NCBI GenBank assembly: GCA_950097015.1
Contig: CATNEN010000009.1
Coordinates: 930,001 to 994,000 of the forward strand
DNA: 64,000 nucleotides
Source of the DNA: Macrostomum hystrix
Lineage: Eukaryota; Animalia; Platyhelminthes
Direction: 5' to 3'
Shown: positions 11,020 to 22,465 of the stretch, piece after piece
Numbering within the stretch: position 1 is the stretch's first letter
Layout of the letters: each line of letters opens with the position of its first letter
Translations under genes and position numbers: made by a program
The notes under the pieces: model-generated
What the model was told of the DNA's origin: nothing
Seen by the model: the letters and a program-made list of their open reading frames with translations, nothing else
Databases searched by the model: none

Positions 11020-12790
11020 TGCACCCTGTGCAATGACTTAACTAGATATAGTAGTAGCTGCAGTGTCCCTGTGCAATGACTTAACTAGATATAGTAGTAG
11101 CTGCAGTGTCCCTGTGCAATGACTTAACTAGATATATTAGTAGCTGCAGTGTCCCTGTGCAATGACTTAACTAGATATAGTAGTAGCTGCAGTGTCCCTG
11201 TGCAATGACTTAACTAGATATAGTATAGTAGCTGCAGTGTCCCTGTGCAATGACTTAACTAGATATAGTATAGTAGCTGCAGTGTCCCTGTGCAATGACT
11301 TAACTAGATATAGTATAGTAGCTGCAGTGTCCCTGTGCAATGACTTAACTAGATATAGTATAGTAGCTGCAGTGTCCCTGTGCAATGACTTAACTAGATA
11401 TAGTATAGTAGCTGCAGTGTCCCTGTGCAATGACTTAACTAGATATAGTATAGTAGCTGCAGTGTCCCTGTGCAATGACTTAACTAGATATAGTAGTAGC
11501 TGCAGTGTCCCTGTGCAATGACTTAACTAGATATAGTAGTAGCTGCAGTGTCCCTGTGCAATGACTTAACTAGATATAGTAGTAGCTGCAGTGTCCCTGT
11601 GCAATGACTTAACTAGATATAGTAGTAGCTGCAGTGTCCCTGTGCAATGACTTTAGTAGATATAGTAGTAGCTGCAGTGTCCCTGTGCAATGACTTAACT
11701 AGATATAGTAGTAGCTGCAGTGTCCCTGTGCAATGACTTAACTAGATATAGTATAGTAGCTGCAGTGTCCCTGTGCAATGACTTAACTAGATATAGTAGT
11801 AGCTGCAGTGTCCCTGTGCAATGACTTAACTAGATATAGTATAGTAGCTGCAGTGTCCCTGTGCAATGACTTAACTAGATATAGTATAGTAGCTGCAGTG
11901 TCCCTGTGCAATGACTTAACTAGATATAGTAGTAGCTGCAGTGTCCCTGTGCAATGACTTAACTAGATATAGTAGTAGCTGCAGTGTCCCTGTGCAATGA
12001 CTTAACTAGATATAGTAGTAGCTGCAGTGCCCCTGTGCAATGACTTGACTAGATATAGTAGTAGCTGCAGTGCCCCTGTGCAATGACTTAACTAGATATA
12101 GTAGTAGCTGCAGTGTCCCTGTGCAATGACTTAACTAGATATAGTATAGTAGCTGCAGTGTCCCTGTGCAATGACTTAACTAGATATAGTAGTAGCTGCA
12201 GTGTCCCTGTGCAATGACTTAACTAGATATAGTATAGTAGCTGCAGTGTCCCTGTGCAATGACTTAACTAGATATAGTATAGTAGCTGCAGTGTCCCTGT
12301 GCAATGACTTAACTAGATATAGTATAGTAGCTGCAGTGTCCCTGTGCAATGACTTAACTAGATATAGTATAGTAGCTGCAGTGTCCCTGTGCAATGACTT
12401 AACTAGATATAGTATAGTAGCTGCAGTGTCCCTGTGCAATGACTTAACTAGATATAGTATAGTAGCTGCAGTGTCCCTGTGCAATGACTTAACTAGATAT
12501 AGTATAGTAGCTGCAGTGTCCCTGTGCAATGACTTAACTAGATATAGTATAGTAGCTGCAGTGTCCCTGTGCAATGACTTAACTAGATATAGTATAGTAG
12601 CTGCAGTGTCCCTGTGCAATGACTTAACTAGATATAGTATAGTAGCTGCAGTGTCCCTGTGCAATGACTTAACTAGATATAGTATAGTAGCTGCAGTGTC
12701 CCTGTGCAATGACTTAACTAGATATAGTAGTAGCTGCAGTGTCCCTGTGCAATGACTTAACTAGATATAGTAGTAGCTGCAGTGTCCCTG
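11020..12790. repeat. 43/45-bp minisatellite (AGTAGCTGCAGTGTCCCTGTGCAATGACTTAACTAGATAT core)
   Basis: About 40 near-identical copies in two length variants. Confidence 0.97.
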
Positions 12791-12879
12791 TGATTAAGGC
12801 GTGCACGCAAAGTGGAGGGATGCGGAGAACATAAAAACTACAGGGAGAGAAGGACAGAGGTAGAGGGTAAAGGGACAGA

Positions 12880-13275
12880 AAGGTAGAGAGACTTAAAGGT
12901 AGAGGGACAGAGGGGCAGAGGGAAAGGATATAGGGGCAAAGGGACAGCACAAAGGGGCAGAGGGGCAGAGGGACAGAACATAGGGGCAGAGGGACAGAGG
13001 GGCAGGACATAGGGACATAGGGGCAGAGGGGCAGGACATAAAGGCAGAGGGGCAGAGGGACAGGGCATAGGGGCATAGGGGCAGAGGGACAGGGCATAGG
13101 GGCATAGGGGCAGAGGGGCAGGACATAGGGGCAGAGGGGCAGAGGGGCCGGACATAGGGGCAGAGGGACAGGACATAGGGGCAGAGGGACAGGACATAGG
13201 GGCAGAGGGACAGGACATAGGGGCAGAGGGACAGGACATAGGGACAGAGGGACAGGACATAGGGGCAGAGGGGTA
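12880..13275. repeat. Degenerate short-unit purine-rich repeat (GGGCAGA/GGGCATA/GGGACAG)
   Basis: Visible 7-bp-based mosaic; ORFs here are repeat artefacts. Confidence 0.85.
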
Positions 13276-14061
13276 GGGGCAAAAAACTCGGTGAGTGAGA
13301 GCCGATGAAGATTTCACCCAAGAAATCACACAATGTCGAGCAGCAGTCTGATTAGCAATCAAGTTTGAATGAGCCGGACATCAAAAGAATAAGATTCTGA
13401 GCGCAAATCCCTGGAGACTCGGGAAAATACATTAAATTATGACAGGCACAAATGACGCAGGTGCTAATTTGAATTAATTTGGAACTTGATTGAGTCCAAA
13501 GCGGATCGCTACTCTAAGCTGCACGGTTGAGAATGGGTTCTAATTCAGTGAGCAGTTACAACATGATGCATTCCAACAAACTTCCCACACATTTTTCAAG
13601 GACAACCAAGTGTTCTTAAGTACGAGTAAGTCCTTGGGATTTTCAAGCCAGCCTAGCCATTACTGTCAAGACAAGCCTTTCAGTGCATTTCCATTAGGTA
13701 GTTTGAGTCATTTTAGCTGAGGTGTGAGGGGGCTGAGTGTCAGGGGGCTGTGTCAGGGGGTTGAGTGTCAGACTGGCTGGGTGTCAGGGGGTTGAGAGTG
13801 TCAGGGGGTTGAGTGTCAGGCTGTCTGGGGTTCAGGGGGCTGAGAGGGTCAGGGTGGCTGAAAGTGTCAGGGAATGAGTGTCAGAGTCAGTCCTGACCCA
13901 AACAAACTAAACGAAAGCAAAGCCGTCAGTTATGCTGAATTTCAACTAAAGTGGTATGCAAATCGAGACGTGCCCGAAGGCAGGCTAAGAGTTTTATTTC
14001 TCTAGAAGTGTCCACTGCCACCCATCAGTCAGTCAGCCCATGTTCTGTTAGCCGGGGCTCG

Positions 14062-16966
14062 TCAGTTCTCCCAGTACGGCCGGCGGCTTCTGGCCGCGCG
14101 AGCCTCGTCGGCTGCCTCGCCACCGTGCCACCGGCTGGTAGGGCCCGACGGCTCCTTGGGCTGCTCCGAGTCGTCGAAGAAGGTGTACTTTACCGGCCAC
14201 CAGCGCTTCCTGTGGGTTGGGAATGCGGCGGCGGTACAGAAAGAGCTTTGGGTTGGGACAGGGGGTTGGTGGCAGAGCGGTTAACGTGTCTGCCTCTCGC
14301 ACCAAGGTGTCTAAGCTCGATTCCACAGCGAGGCCCCATTAATTTGGGGAGCAGCCGCGGAGAGAAGGCTCGGGGCTTGTCGTGCAATTTACGCCCTTGA
14401 GGACCAACCTCCAAGGCACAGTGAAGTGTAAACTGCCTGTCGATAAGAAAGTCAGGACAGATATACACACTGGGTGATCGCGTGCCTGTGTACAGTATCT
14501 GTGTGCGTCTGTGCTCAGGGGTAAGCGAAATGGGGAGATGGGAAATGGTTGAGGAGGTGAAATCAGAATGGAAAGAGGGGAAGAAGAGAAAATAATGGGA
14601 AGTGAGTAAGTTGAGGTGGTGAAGTGAGAAGGGGGTGAGAATGGGAAGTGGAGAAGTGGAGATAAGAATGGGAAGTGGAGAAGTGGAGATAAGAATGGGA
14701 AGTGGAGAAGTGGAGATAAGAATGAGAAGTGGAGAAGTGGAGATAAGAATGGGAAGTGAAGAAGTGCAGATAAGAATGGGAAGAGGAGAAGGGGGTGAGA
14801 ATGGGAAGTGGAGAAGTGGAGATAAGAATGGGAAGTGGAGAAGTGGAGATAAGAATGGGAAGTGGAGAAGTGGAGATAAGAATGGGAAGTGAAGAAGTGC
14901 AGATAAGAATGGGAAGAGGAGAAGGGGGTGAGAATGGGAAGTGGAGAAGTGGAGATAAGAATGGGAAGTGGAGATAAGAATGGGAAGTGGAGAAGTGGAG
15001 ATAAGAATGGGAAGTGGAGATAAGAATGGGAAGAGGAGAAGGGGGTGAGAATGGGAAGTGGAGAAGTGGAGATAAGAATGGGAAGTGGAGAAGTGGAGAT
15101 AAGAATGGGAAGAGGAGAAGGGGTGAGAATGGGAAGTGGAGAAGTGAAGATAAGAATGGGAAGAGGAGAAGGGGGTGAGAATGGGAAGTGGAGAAGTGGA
15201 GATAAGAATGGGAAGTGGAGATTAGAATGGGAAGAGGAGAAGGGGGTGAGAATGGGAAGTGGAGAAGGGGAGATAAGAATGGGAAGAGGAGAAGGGGAGG
15301 TGAGAACTGAAGGGGGCATTAGAATGAGGGGTTTATGTGGGATGGGGCAATGAGAAGGGCTTTGAGAAGTGAATGAAAATGGGTTCAAGTAGCTGATGTA
15401 GCAGTAGCACCGACTGAAGTGCTTCGAATCGATGTCTCAGATGCAGAATGCAGTAAATGTGAGGCAGCTGCAATCTTCATCAGGGATGAGGGGGGGAAGG
15501 TATATCATGTGGTGTCAGCAGACAGTGGGCAAGACACAGCTGCTAATGTCCTCCCATTATCAACAGCGGTGCAGCCTGTGTGCGCCAGCAGGTTCCCATA
15601 TTTGCCAATAAATGTAGCTGAGCCAGCAGACCTGAGAGCACCTCGGAAACTCACGGGGATTGTGTAGCTGAGCCAGCAGACCTGAGAGCACCTCGGAAAC
15701 TCACGGGGATTGTGTAGCTGAGCCAGCAGACCTGAGAGCACCTCGGAAACTCACGGGGGATTGTGTAGCTGAGCCAGCAGACCTGAGAGCACCTCGGAAA
15801 CCCACGGGGATTGTGTAGCTGAGCCAGCAGACCTGAGAGCACCTCGGAAACTCACGGGGATTGTGTAGCTGAGCCAGCAGACCTGAGAGCACCTCGGAAA
15901 CTCACGGGGATTGTGTAGCTGAGCCAGCAGACCTGAGAGCACCTCGGAAGCTCACGGGGGATTGTGTAGCTGAGCCAGCAGACCTGAGAGCACCTCGGAA
16001 GCTCACGGGGATTGTGTAGCTGAGCCAGCAGACCTGAGAGCACCTCGGAAGCTCACGGGGATTGTGTAGCTGAGCCAGCAGACCTGAGAGCACCTCGGAA
16101 ACTCACGGGGGATTGTGTAGCTGAGCCAGCAGACCTGAGAGCACCTCGGAAACTCACGGGGATTGTGTAGCTGAGCCAGCAGACCTGAGAGCACCTCGGA
16201 AACCCACGGGGATTGTGTAGCTGAGCCAGCAGACCTGAGAGCACATCGGAAGCTCACGGGGATTGTGTAGCTGAGCCAGCAGACCTGAGAGCACCTCGGA
16301 AACTCACGGGGGATTGTGTAGCTGAGCCAGCAGACCTGAGAGCACCTCGGAAACTCACGGGGATTGTGTAGCTGAGCCAGCAGACCTGAGAGCACCTCGG
16401 AAACTCACGGGGATTGTGTAGCTGAGTGGTCTGGATATTGGAGACTTCAGCAGCTGCACCCCCAGCAACCGGGGCCGGCATTTGCCCAGCTGCGGACAGG
16501 GTCTGACGCTGCCCAGCCAACCTGCCAGGCAGCGGGGGCGAGCCACGCCTTCCTGAAATCCTTTCCAACTGACTGACAGGTAATGAGGCCTCGCGCCTCG
16601 GACTGGGGAGTCATCCGAACCGTTTGATCCCAAGCGTGCCCAAGGGAAAAGACTTCCTCAGGTAAAAACTCTTTGAAGTAGCCGAATGAGAAACATTCTA
16701 GCCACGGAATACTTAATTACTAATTAGTACACCTGCCTGTTGGACAAGGACTCACCCGTGAAGCCAGGGCTCGTCGTTCTCGGAGCCAAGAGCCGCTGGC
16801 AGGGCGTCAGCAGTCGGCAGTGCCAGAAGGCAGGCTGCAATGGGAGTTCGGGGAGGAAGGTCATGGCAGCAGTGTAGCCAGCTGTACAGGAAGGCTGGGT
16901 TCGTGGCCGAGACTCACTAGCCAGTTCTAGGGTGAGCAGGCAAGTCAGCAAGTGTAGTCGCGGCAT
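14062..16966 (-). CDS. Candidate multi-exon gene of unknown product
   Basis: Terminal exon 14209-14062 after CCCACAG reads KRWWPVKYTFFDDSEQPKEPSG...RPYWEN-stop. Upstream exon-like blocks at 16966-16757 (donor GTGAGT) and from about 16697 (CFSFGYFKEFLPEEVFSLGHAWDQ). Exact model unresolved. Confidence 0.35.
14261..14540 (+). mobile_element. tRNA-derived SINE, family A
   Basis: A-box GGTGGCAGAGCGG and B-box-like CTCGATTCC; inverted related copy at about 60700-60980, fragment at about 56263-56315. Confidence 0.7.
14590..15310. repeat. Purine-rich approx. 27-bp minisatellite (GAATGGGAAGTGGAGAAGTGGAGATAA)
   Basis: Tandem mosaic copies. Confidence 0.9.
15613..16425. repeat. 50/51-bp minisatellite
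   Basis: About 16 copies of TGTGTAGCTGAGCCAGCAGACCTGAGAGCACCTCGGAAACTCACGGGGAT. Confidence 0.97.
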
Positions 16967-17502
16967 GGTTCTCCTGAGTTGACTGCAGTGCTGAATGTTG
17001 ATGATCGGCTGGGGAGAAGGGAGGGCCTGACAGGGCTGCGGCGGGTCCGCTGACTTCATGGCTGCAAAGTCCGGTAGCAGCAAAGCTCCGATTGGCTGCT
17101 GGGCTGCCTGCCAATCAGAAGCCGCGCTAAGGCAGTTTGGGGATTCTGATCCCTTATCTTGAACTGCTCAACCATCCTTGAGTGCTCAAAGTATTCGTTA
17201 GTGGAAAAAATGAATAACAAACAGATCCAGGTGGGCCCGATGGCACAGTTGATGGATAGATTAGCAGAATCAGCCAGTATAACAATGCAGCAAGAAGTTA
17301 CCGATTTAATTTATTTATAGGCATCAGCACGGAAATGACAGATATTGTACACGCGGCTCACGGGGGGATTGGACAGAAAACTGTAGCAAAGGACACAGTA
17401 AAACATTTGCACTGAGTGAGCGCCTGCGAATGCGAACTCCCTAGCTCCCCCGCTGCAATAGGAAAAAATGGCTAAACCAGAGGGGCTGCGAGTCCTATGC
17501 GG

Positions 17503-18006
17503 TCAGGTGAAGTACGGCGGCCGCTGCACATTGATGCCGCACTCCTGGAAGGCCGGGCCAAGGTCCTCCATGGTCAGTGTCAGCCGCTTGCCTGAGGAGC
17601 CACCGCCTGCTGCCGCTGCGGCTGTACCGGCAGCACCGCCGATTGCAGCGGCGCCGGCAGCCGCGGAGCCTCCAGCAGTCGAGGCTGCTGAGCCGCCGCC
17701 GCTGAGCCGCTTGAGCACCGGGCCGCCCTGCCTGGCGCGGCAGTGGTGCATGGCGTCACTGACAATGTCAGAGATAAACTTCTGGCCGGCCAGGGAGACC
17801 AGGCGCAGCAAGCGCTGGTCCGTGACCTCCAGGCCGCTGCGCTCCAAGTAGTACTGGGTCACGCGGTCCGGAATGGTCGGCTGGTACTCGTCCAGCTGAA
17901 GGAAGAAGTCAGACAGAGACACTGGCTGCTGGAACTGTGGCCGTTGCTGCTGCTGCTGCTGGTCAGTCGGCTGCGCCGAGGCGGCCTGGAAGCTCTCGTC
18001 ACCGTT
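17503..18006 (-). CDS. TAF10: TFIID subunit 10 (no genomic ATG; starts at acceptor 18007)
   Basis: LDEYQPTIPDRVTQYYLERSG...RLVSLAGQKFISDIVSDAMHHC...LTLTMEDL...GINVQRPPYF matches the TAF10 histone fold. Confidence 0.93.
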   Translation of the reverse strand, partial: NGDESFQAASAQPTDQQQQQQRPQFQQPVSLSDFFLQLDEYQPTIPDRVTQYYLERSGLEVTDQRLLRLVSLAGQKFISDIVSDAMHHCRARQGGPVLKRLSGGGSAASTAGGSAAAGAAAIGGAAGTAAAAAGGGSSGKRLTLTMEDLGPAFQECGINVQRPPYFT

Positions 18007-18065
18007 CTGAAGGCGAGAGCGTTGGGGGCGAAGTACAACAATGAGAGTCGGGGAGCCGGTTAACA

Positions 18066-18430
18066 GGTGAACCAGGCGAAAGGGAAGATGGGACAGCCAG
18101 TGAGCCAGGTGAAAGGGAAGATGGGACAGCCAGTGAACCAGGTGAAAGGGAAGATGGGACAGCCAGTGAGCCAGGTGAAAGGGAAGATGGGACAGCCAGT
18201 GAGCCAGGTGAAAGGGAAGATGGGACAGCCAGTGAGCCAGGTGAAAGGGAAGATGGGACAGCCAGTGAGCCAGGTGAAAGGGAAGATGGGACAGCCAGTG
18301 AGCCAGGTGAAAGGGAAGATGGGACAGCCAGTGAACCAGGTGAAAGGGAAGATGGGACAGCCAGTGAGCCAGGTGAAAGGGAAGATGGGACAGCCAGTGA
18401 GCCAGGTGAAAGGGAAGATCGGACAGCCGG
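18066..18430. repeat. 33-bp minisatellite upstream of the TAF10 acceptor
   Basis: About 11 copies of GCCAGGTGAAAGGGAAGATGGGACAGCCAGTGA. Confidence 0.95.
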
Positions 18431-19046
18431 TAACCCAGAATTCGGCAGTCAGTCAGTCAGCAGGCTGAAGCTGCTTCAGAGACGTCATTGATGAGGCTGG
18501 CAGCAGATCCAGCTGAGAGCACTTCAGGAGGTGATGGTGGCCACAACCGCGGCTGCACTCATTTTGAGCACTGCTTAGCACAGGGGTCAAGGAACAAGCC
18601 AGATGGAATAAAGCAATAAGCTGAGTGGCCTCAGCCCCATTCAATTTGCAACTGCAGAAGCAGCAGAAGCAGCGGACCCCGCAGGTGACAGTTATGGTCA
18701 GTGGGAAGATGATAAATGATGACAGGTATGCAGGGCAATCTAAGCTGATAAATAAATTGAAAGGCCGGGCTTGAGCAGTGTTTGTGTGGCGATCCGTGCG
18801 AGCTCAGTTCTCACGTTTATTTCACCAGTCGGCGCGAAGCACAGTAAATGCGTCGGAGAGACTGGCAGGGCGGGTTTGGCCATAGACTTTTTAGTTAGGC
18901 ATCAAGGAAGATAAGACAAATTGTATATTATAAACGTACAAATACAAAGGGTCTCAGGGAAATCAATTTAACACGGAAAAAATGTTGTTGTGTGTTATGT
19001 TAAGTTTTGAAACATGGAAATCTGTACATAGCATCTATAGTTGCTA

Positions 19047-19200
19047 GGGGGCTGTAGCCTTGTGGTTAGGGCGAAGACTCGAAGGTTGGGGGTTCAATCC
19101 CTGACTCCAATAGAACTGTAAAATGGGTGCAATCATTAGATTGGGTAATTGAGGGTGGGTGCGGCGTCCCCCAGTCTATGGACTGAACAGCTGTACGTAG
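19047..19200 (+). mobile_element. tRNA-derived SINE, family B
   Basis: TAGCCTTGTGGTTAG and GGTTCAATCC boxes; 3' part GGGTGGGTG...CCCCAGTC(T)ATGGACTGAACAG shared with copies at 30350-30560 and 33435-33585. Confidence 0.65.
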
Positions 19201-19421
19201 ACTTTAGATCTGGCCTAATTGGGCAGGTGAAATCAATGCTAATAATTATCATAGATATAGTATAGATGCTATGCATAGATGCCCATGGTTTGGTTTAAAA
19301 GGATTTAGTGATTGACAGATAAATGGCAAGCCATGAGAAAAGCAGAAGACAAAGATCAGGCAGCGCAGGGATTCGGATTGGTAGCAATGGAAGTGTTTCA
19401 GCTGAGCGAAAGTCTGAGAGC

Positions 19422-21206
19422 TCAACCGAGGGCTCCGTCGGGCTTTCGCTTTGGCAAAGACGCGATGCCGAAGCCGGCGGTCCCGGCGCCTCCGCCGAAG
19501 CCTCCAAACAACGAGGGGACAGTGCCGGTGCCGCCTGCGGCTGGCGCAGCGGCCGAGAAAGCCGAGAAGCCACCGAAGCCGCCACCGCCGATGCCGCCGA
19601 AGAGGGAGGGCGCAACGGCGGCCGGCTGGGTGACGGAGGCTGCAGCGGCCGCGGTGGCGGCGGCAGCTGCGGCGGCGGCGAGCGAGTCGTCGCAGGGCGG
19701 CGGTCCAAAGCCGGAACGGCGACCCCCGCTAGAGGAGGCGGCGCGAGGCGCTGACTGCTCGGCAAAGTCAGCGAAAGGATTGCGGAAGTCGCCGCGAGCC
19801 CGCCGGTAGGCCAGGAAGTTGGCGCGGAGCCGGTCGCAGGCGGAGCACGTGGCGCCAAGCTCGGCGGCGCAGGCGACGAGAGCTTCGCGGGCCTGCCGAA
19901 GGGCGTTCAGGAGCTCCTGCCCGCTGACGCGACCGCCGGAGCCGTCCAGGCAGAGCGCCGCCTCGAGGTCCTCGATCTCCGCCTTGAGCAGCCGGATCTT
20001 CCCGCCCGCCTCCGTCACCAGCCGGCCTAGCAGCTCCAGCGCCTCCTGGCTCTCCGCCTGCTGCCAGGCGGGCAGCTCGAAGCTTCTGCGGGCCACGGAC
20101 AGCTGCTGGCCGAGCTCGGCCAGGTCGCCGCGAAGCCTGACCGCGGCGCCGATGCTGGCAGCTCGGCTGGTGGCCAGCCGCCTGACCGACTGCGCCACTG
20201 ACTCCGCCTCCTCCGCCACGCGGCCGAGCTCCTGCGCCAGGCCGGCCCGCTCCGCCTCCATGCGGGCGCGCAGCTCGCGCTGGGACGTCAGGTGCCGGCG
20301 GAACGCCTCCACGGTGGCCAGGACCTCGTGAGGGATCTCCGACTCCAAAACGCTTTTCACCTCAGCGGCGCCCGAGCTGCCAGCCGTTCCGCCTGCGCCG
20401 CCGATGCCGAAGCCGCTGACGCCAGCTGCACCACTGCCGGCGGCACCACCAATTCCGCCTCCGACGCCTCCGCCAGGCAGGCTCGAACCCGGGACGCCGC
20501 CAAGTCCTCTGAATGCGGTCGCAGCTGCTGGAGCTGCCGCCGCCACCGCCAATCCGGCAGTCGCCGGGGTGCCCCCGGCAGTCGTTACCAAGGCGCCGAA
20601 AGAGAAATTGCCTGAGCCGAGTCCCGGAGCTGCGTTGGCAGCCGGCGCGGTCCCGAAGGACAGGCCGAGTGGCGGCTTGGCAGCCGGAGCTGCCATGGAG
20701 AACGTCGTAGTGGACGACAGATTCAGCCCGCCAATCGTTGACGACTGCGTTGCGGCTGGCGCGGTGGCTCCGCCGGGGGCTTTGCTGGCGGAGTTGGCCG
20801 CTGCGCCGAGGCCGAGGCCGAATGCGGGCGCTGCCGGCTTAGCCGCGGCCGCAGCGGGGGAGGCGCTAAAGCCAAAAGCTGACTGCTGCTGTTGCTGCTG
20901 CTGACCGGCGGTTGCCGCGTTCGGAGCGAAAGAGAAAGGCGTTGTTGACGACAGGTTGAGGCCAACGATGGTGGAGGATTGGCCGGCCGCTGCGGAGCCT
21001 CCGGCAGCTCCCGGCGTCCCGCTGGCAGCCGCTACTGAGGCTGCATCGGCAGCTCCGGTACCAGCGGTGCCAAACGCCGTCTGCGGTGGCACGGATAAGT
21101 TGAGGCTGCCCAGAGTGCTGGAACTGCCGGCGCTGCTCAGCGGAGCGACTGCGGCCAGCTTGGGGCCCGCCTGGCTGGCGCCGAATGCGAAGCCGGTGCT
21201 AGCCAT
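19422..21206 (-). CDS. NUP58: FG nucleoporin p58/p45
   Basis: FG-rich N- and C-termini; central coiled coil (KSVLESEIPHEVLATVEAFRRHL...LRANFLAYRRARGDFRNPF) resembles NUP58; single exon. Confidence 0.85.
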   Translation of the reverse strand: MASTGFAFGASQAGPKLAAVAPLSSAGSSSTLGSLNLSVPPQTAFGTAGTGAADAASVAAASGTPGAAGGSAAAGQSSTIVGLNLSSTTPFSFAPNAATAGQQQQQQQSAFGFSASPAAAAAKPAAPAFGLGLGAAANSASKAPGGATAPAATQSSTIGGLNLSSTTTFSMAAPAAKPPLGLSFGTAPAANAAPGLGSGNFSFGALVTTAGGTPATAGLAVAAAAPAAATAFRGLGGVPGSSLPGGGVGGGIGGAAGSGAAGVSGFGIGGAGGTAGSSGAAEVKSVLESEIPHEVLATVEAFRRHLTSQRELRARMEAERAGLAQELGRVAEEAESVAQSVRRLATSRAASIGAAVRLRGDLAELGQQLSVARRSFELPAWQQAESQEALELLGRLVTEAGGKIRLLKAEIEDLEAALCLDGSGGRVSGQELLNALRQAREALVACAAELGATCSACDRLRANFLAYRRARGDFRNPFADFAEQSAPRAASSSGGRRSGFGPPPCDDSLAAAAAAAATAAAAASVTQPAAVAPSLFGGIGGGGFGGFSAFSAAAPAAGGTGTVPSLFGGFGGGAGTAGFGIASLPKRKPDGALG

Positions 21207-21596
21207 GCTGGCACTCGGATGTCACTCTATGAACTGGCTGAGAAGTCACTCGGATTTCACTCTCGGGACTAGCTGAGAAGACACTGGGAAGTCACTCTGT
21301 TGCGCCGAGCTAAAATGGATGGAGACATTGTCAAGTGGTAGCCTGCAAAAAAGACAGCAGACCATGAGACAGGAGGCAATGTCACAGCCAAAGAAAAACT
21401 CAAGCAGTCCAACACCCATTTTAGAGAAATTCAAAGACAAAAAAACGAAAGTTTTAGAGGCCCATTAAAGATATTATTATGTATTTATAGCAGTCTAGCA
21501 GGCAATTTAAGAGCAAAATAATTGTTATTAATTTACTGTAAAAACATTTGGGCCACAGACCATGTGCAACTGACATTGAGAAGACAGTCTGTGTCA

Positions 21597-21870
21597 GGAG
21601 GCAGTGGGATGAGAGGCTGGAGGCAGTGGGATGAGAGGCTGGAGGCAGTGGGATCAGAGGCTGGAGGCAGTGGGATCAGAGGCTGGAGGCAGTGGGATCA
21701 GAGGCTGGAGGCAGTGGGATGAGAGGCTGGAGGCAGTGGGATCAGAGGCTGGAGGCAGTGGGATCAGAGGCTGGAGGCAGTGGGATCAGAGGCTGGAGGC
21801 AGTGGGATTAGAGGCTGGAGGCAGTGGGATGAGAGGCTGGAGGCAGTGGAATGAGAGGCTAGAGGCATTG
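21597..21870. repeat. 22-bp minisatellite GAGGCTGGAGGCAGTGGGATCA
   Basis: About 12 copies between CWC25 and NUP58. Confidence 0.95.
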
Positions 21871-22465
21871 AGGATGAGAGGAAGGAGGCAGTGAGGTTAG
21901 ATAAGCATAAGCAGACTCAGGAAGAAGACACAACGTATAGCAAAATTGCAACAGATAAGTTATCAATAAAGCACAGGACAAACGTAGGCAGCATTGCCAC
22001 AGGACATGATGAGGCCGCACAGCTACTCAGCCGGTGCCATAAAAAACTGAGACAATTGATATTTGGCTCCGAGCTGTGACAGCAGGAAGTGTATGAATGC
22101 TGCCGTGACAGTCATGCTCAGTGGAGCGACATGTGAGGACACTGATATTACCTATCAGCTAGTGGGTTGCCAGGAGCTTCTGATGTGTCAAAATCGGCGC
22201 CTGAGTTCTCCCAAATATTTTCATAAGCTTGGCTTAAAAAATGCAAATATGAGGCGCGGGATTTGGCCCCGCTGCCTCTCGCTTCAGAATAACGGGATTG
22301 GGAAAGCTGGGCAAACATTCACGGATTTGATGCTGAGTGCATAGGAATCAAATGGGGCGGCTGGGACAGCAGCTGCGGCAACCCGCAAGGCAGAACTGGG
22401 GCAGCAGCAGTCCGTGGGTCAGTGAAGTCGGGCAAGTCAGCAAAGCCCTAAGCGACTTTCACGAT

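Noticed and set aside
11167-13362. Long ORFs on both strands
   Set aside because: Artefacts of the 45-bp and 7-bp tandem repeats
11020-16425. CRISPR-like regular arrays
   Set aside because: Head-to-tail units with no unique spacers, in a eukaryotic context with no cas genes
19295-21276. Multiple overlapping antisense ORFs over NUP58
   Set aside because: Expected from GC-rich, Ala/Gly-biased codons; the same applies over TAF10, NFYC, EDEM1 and the EFCAB14-like gene
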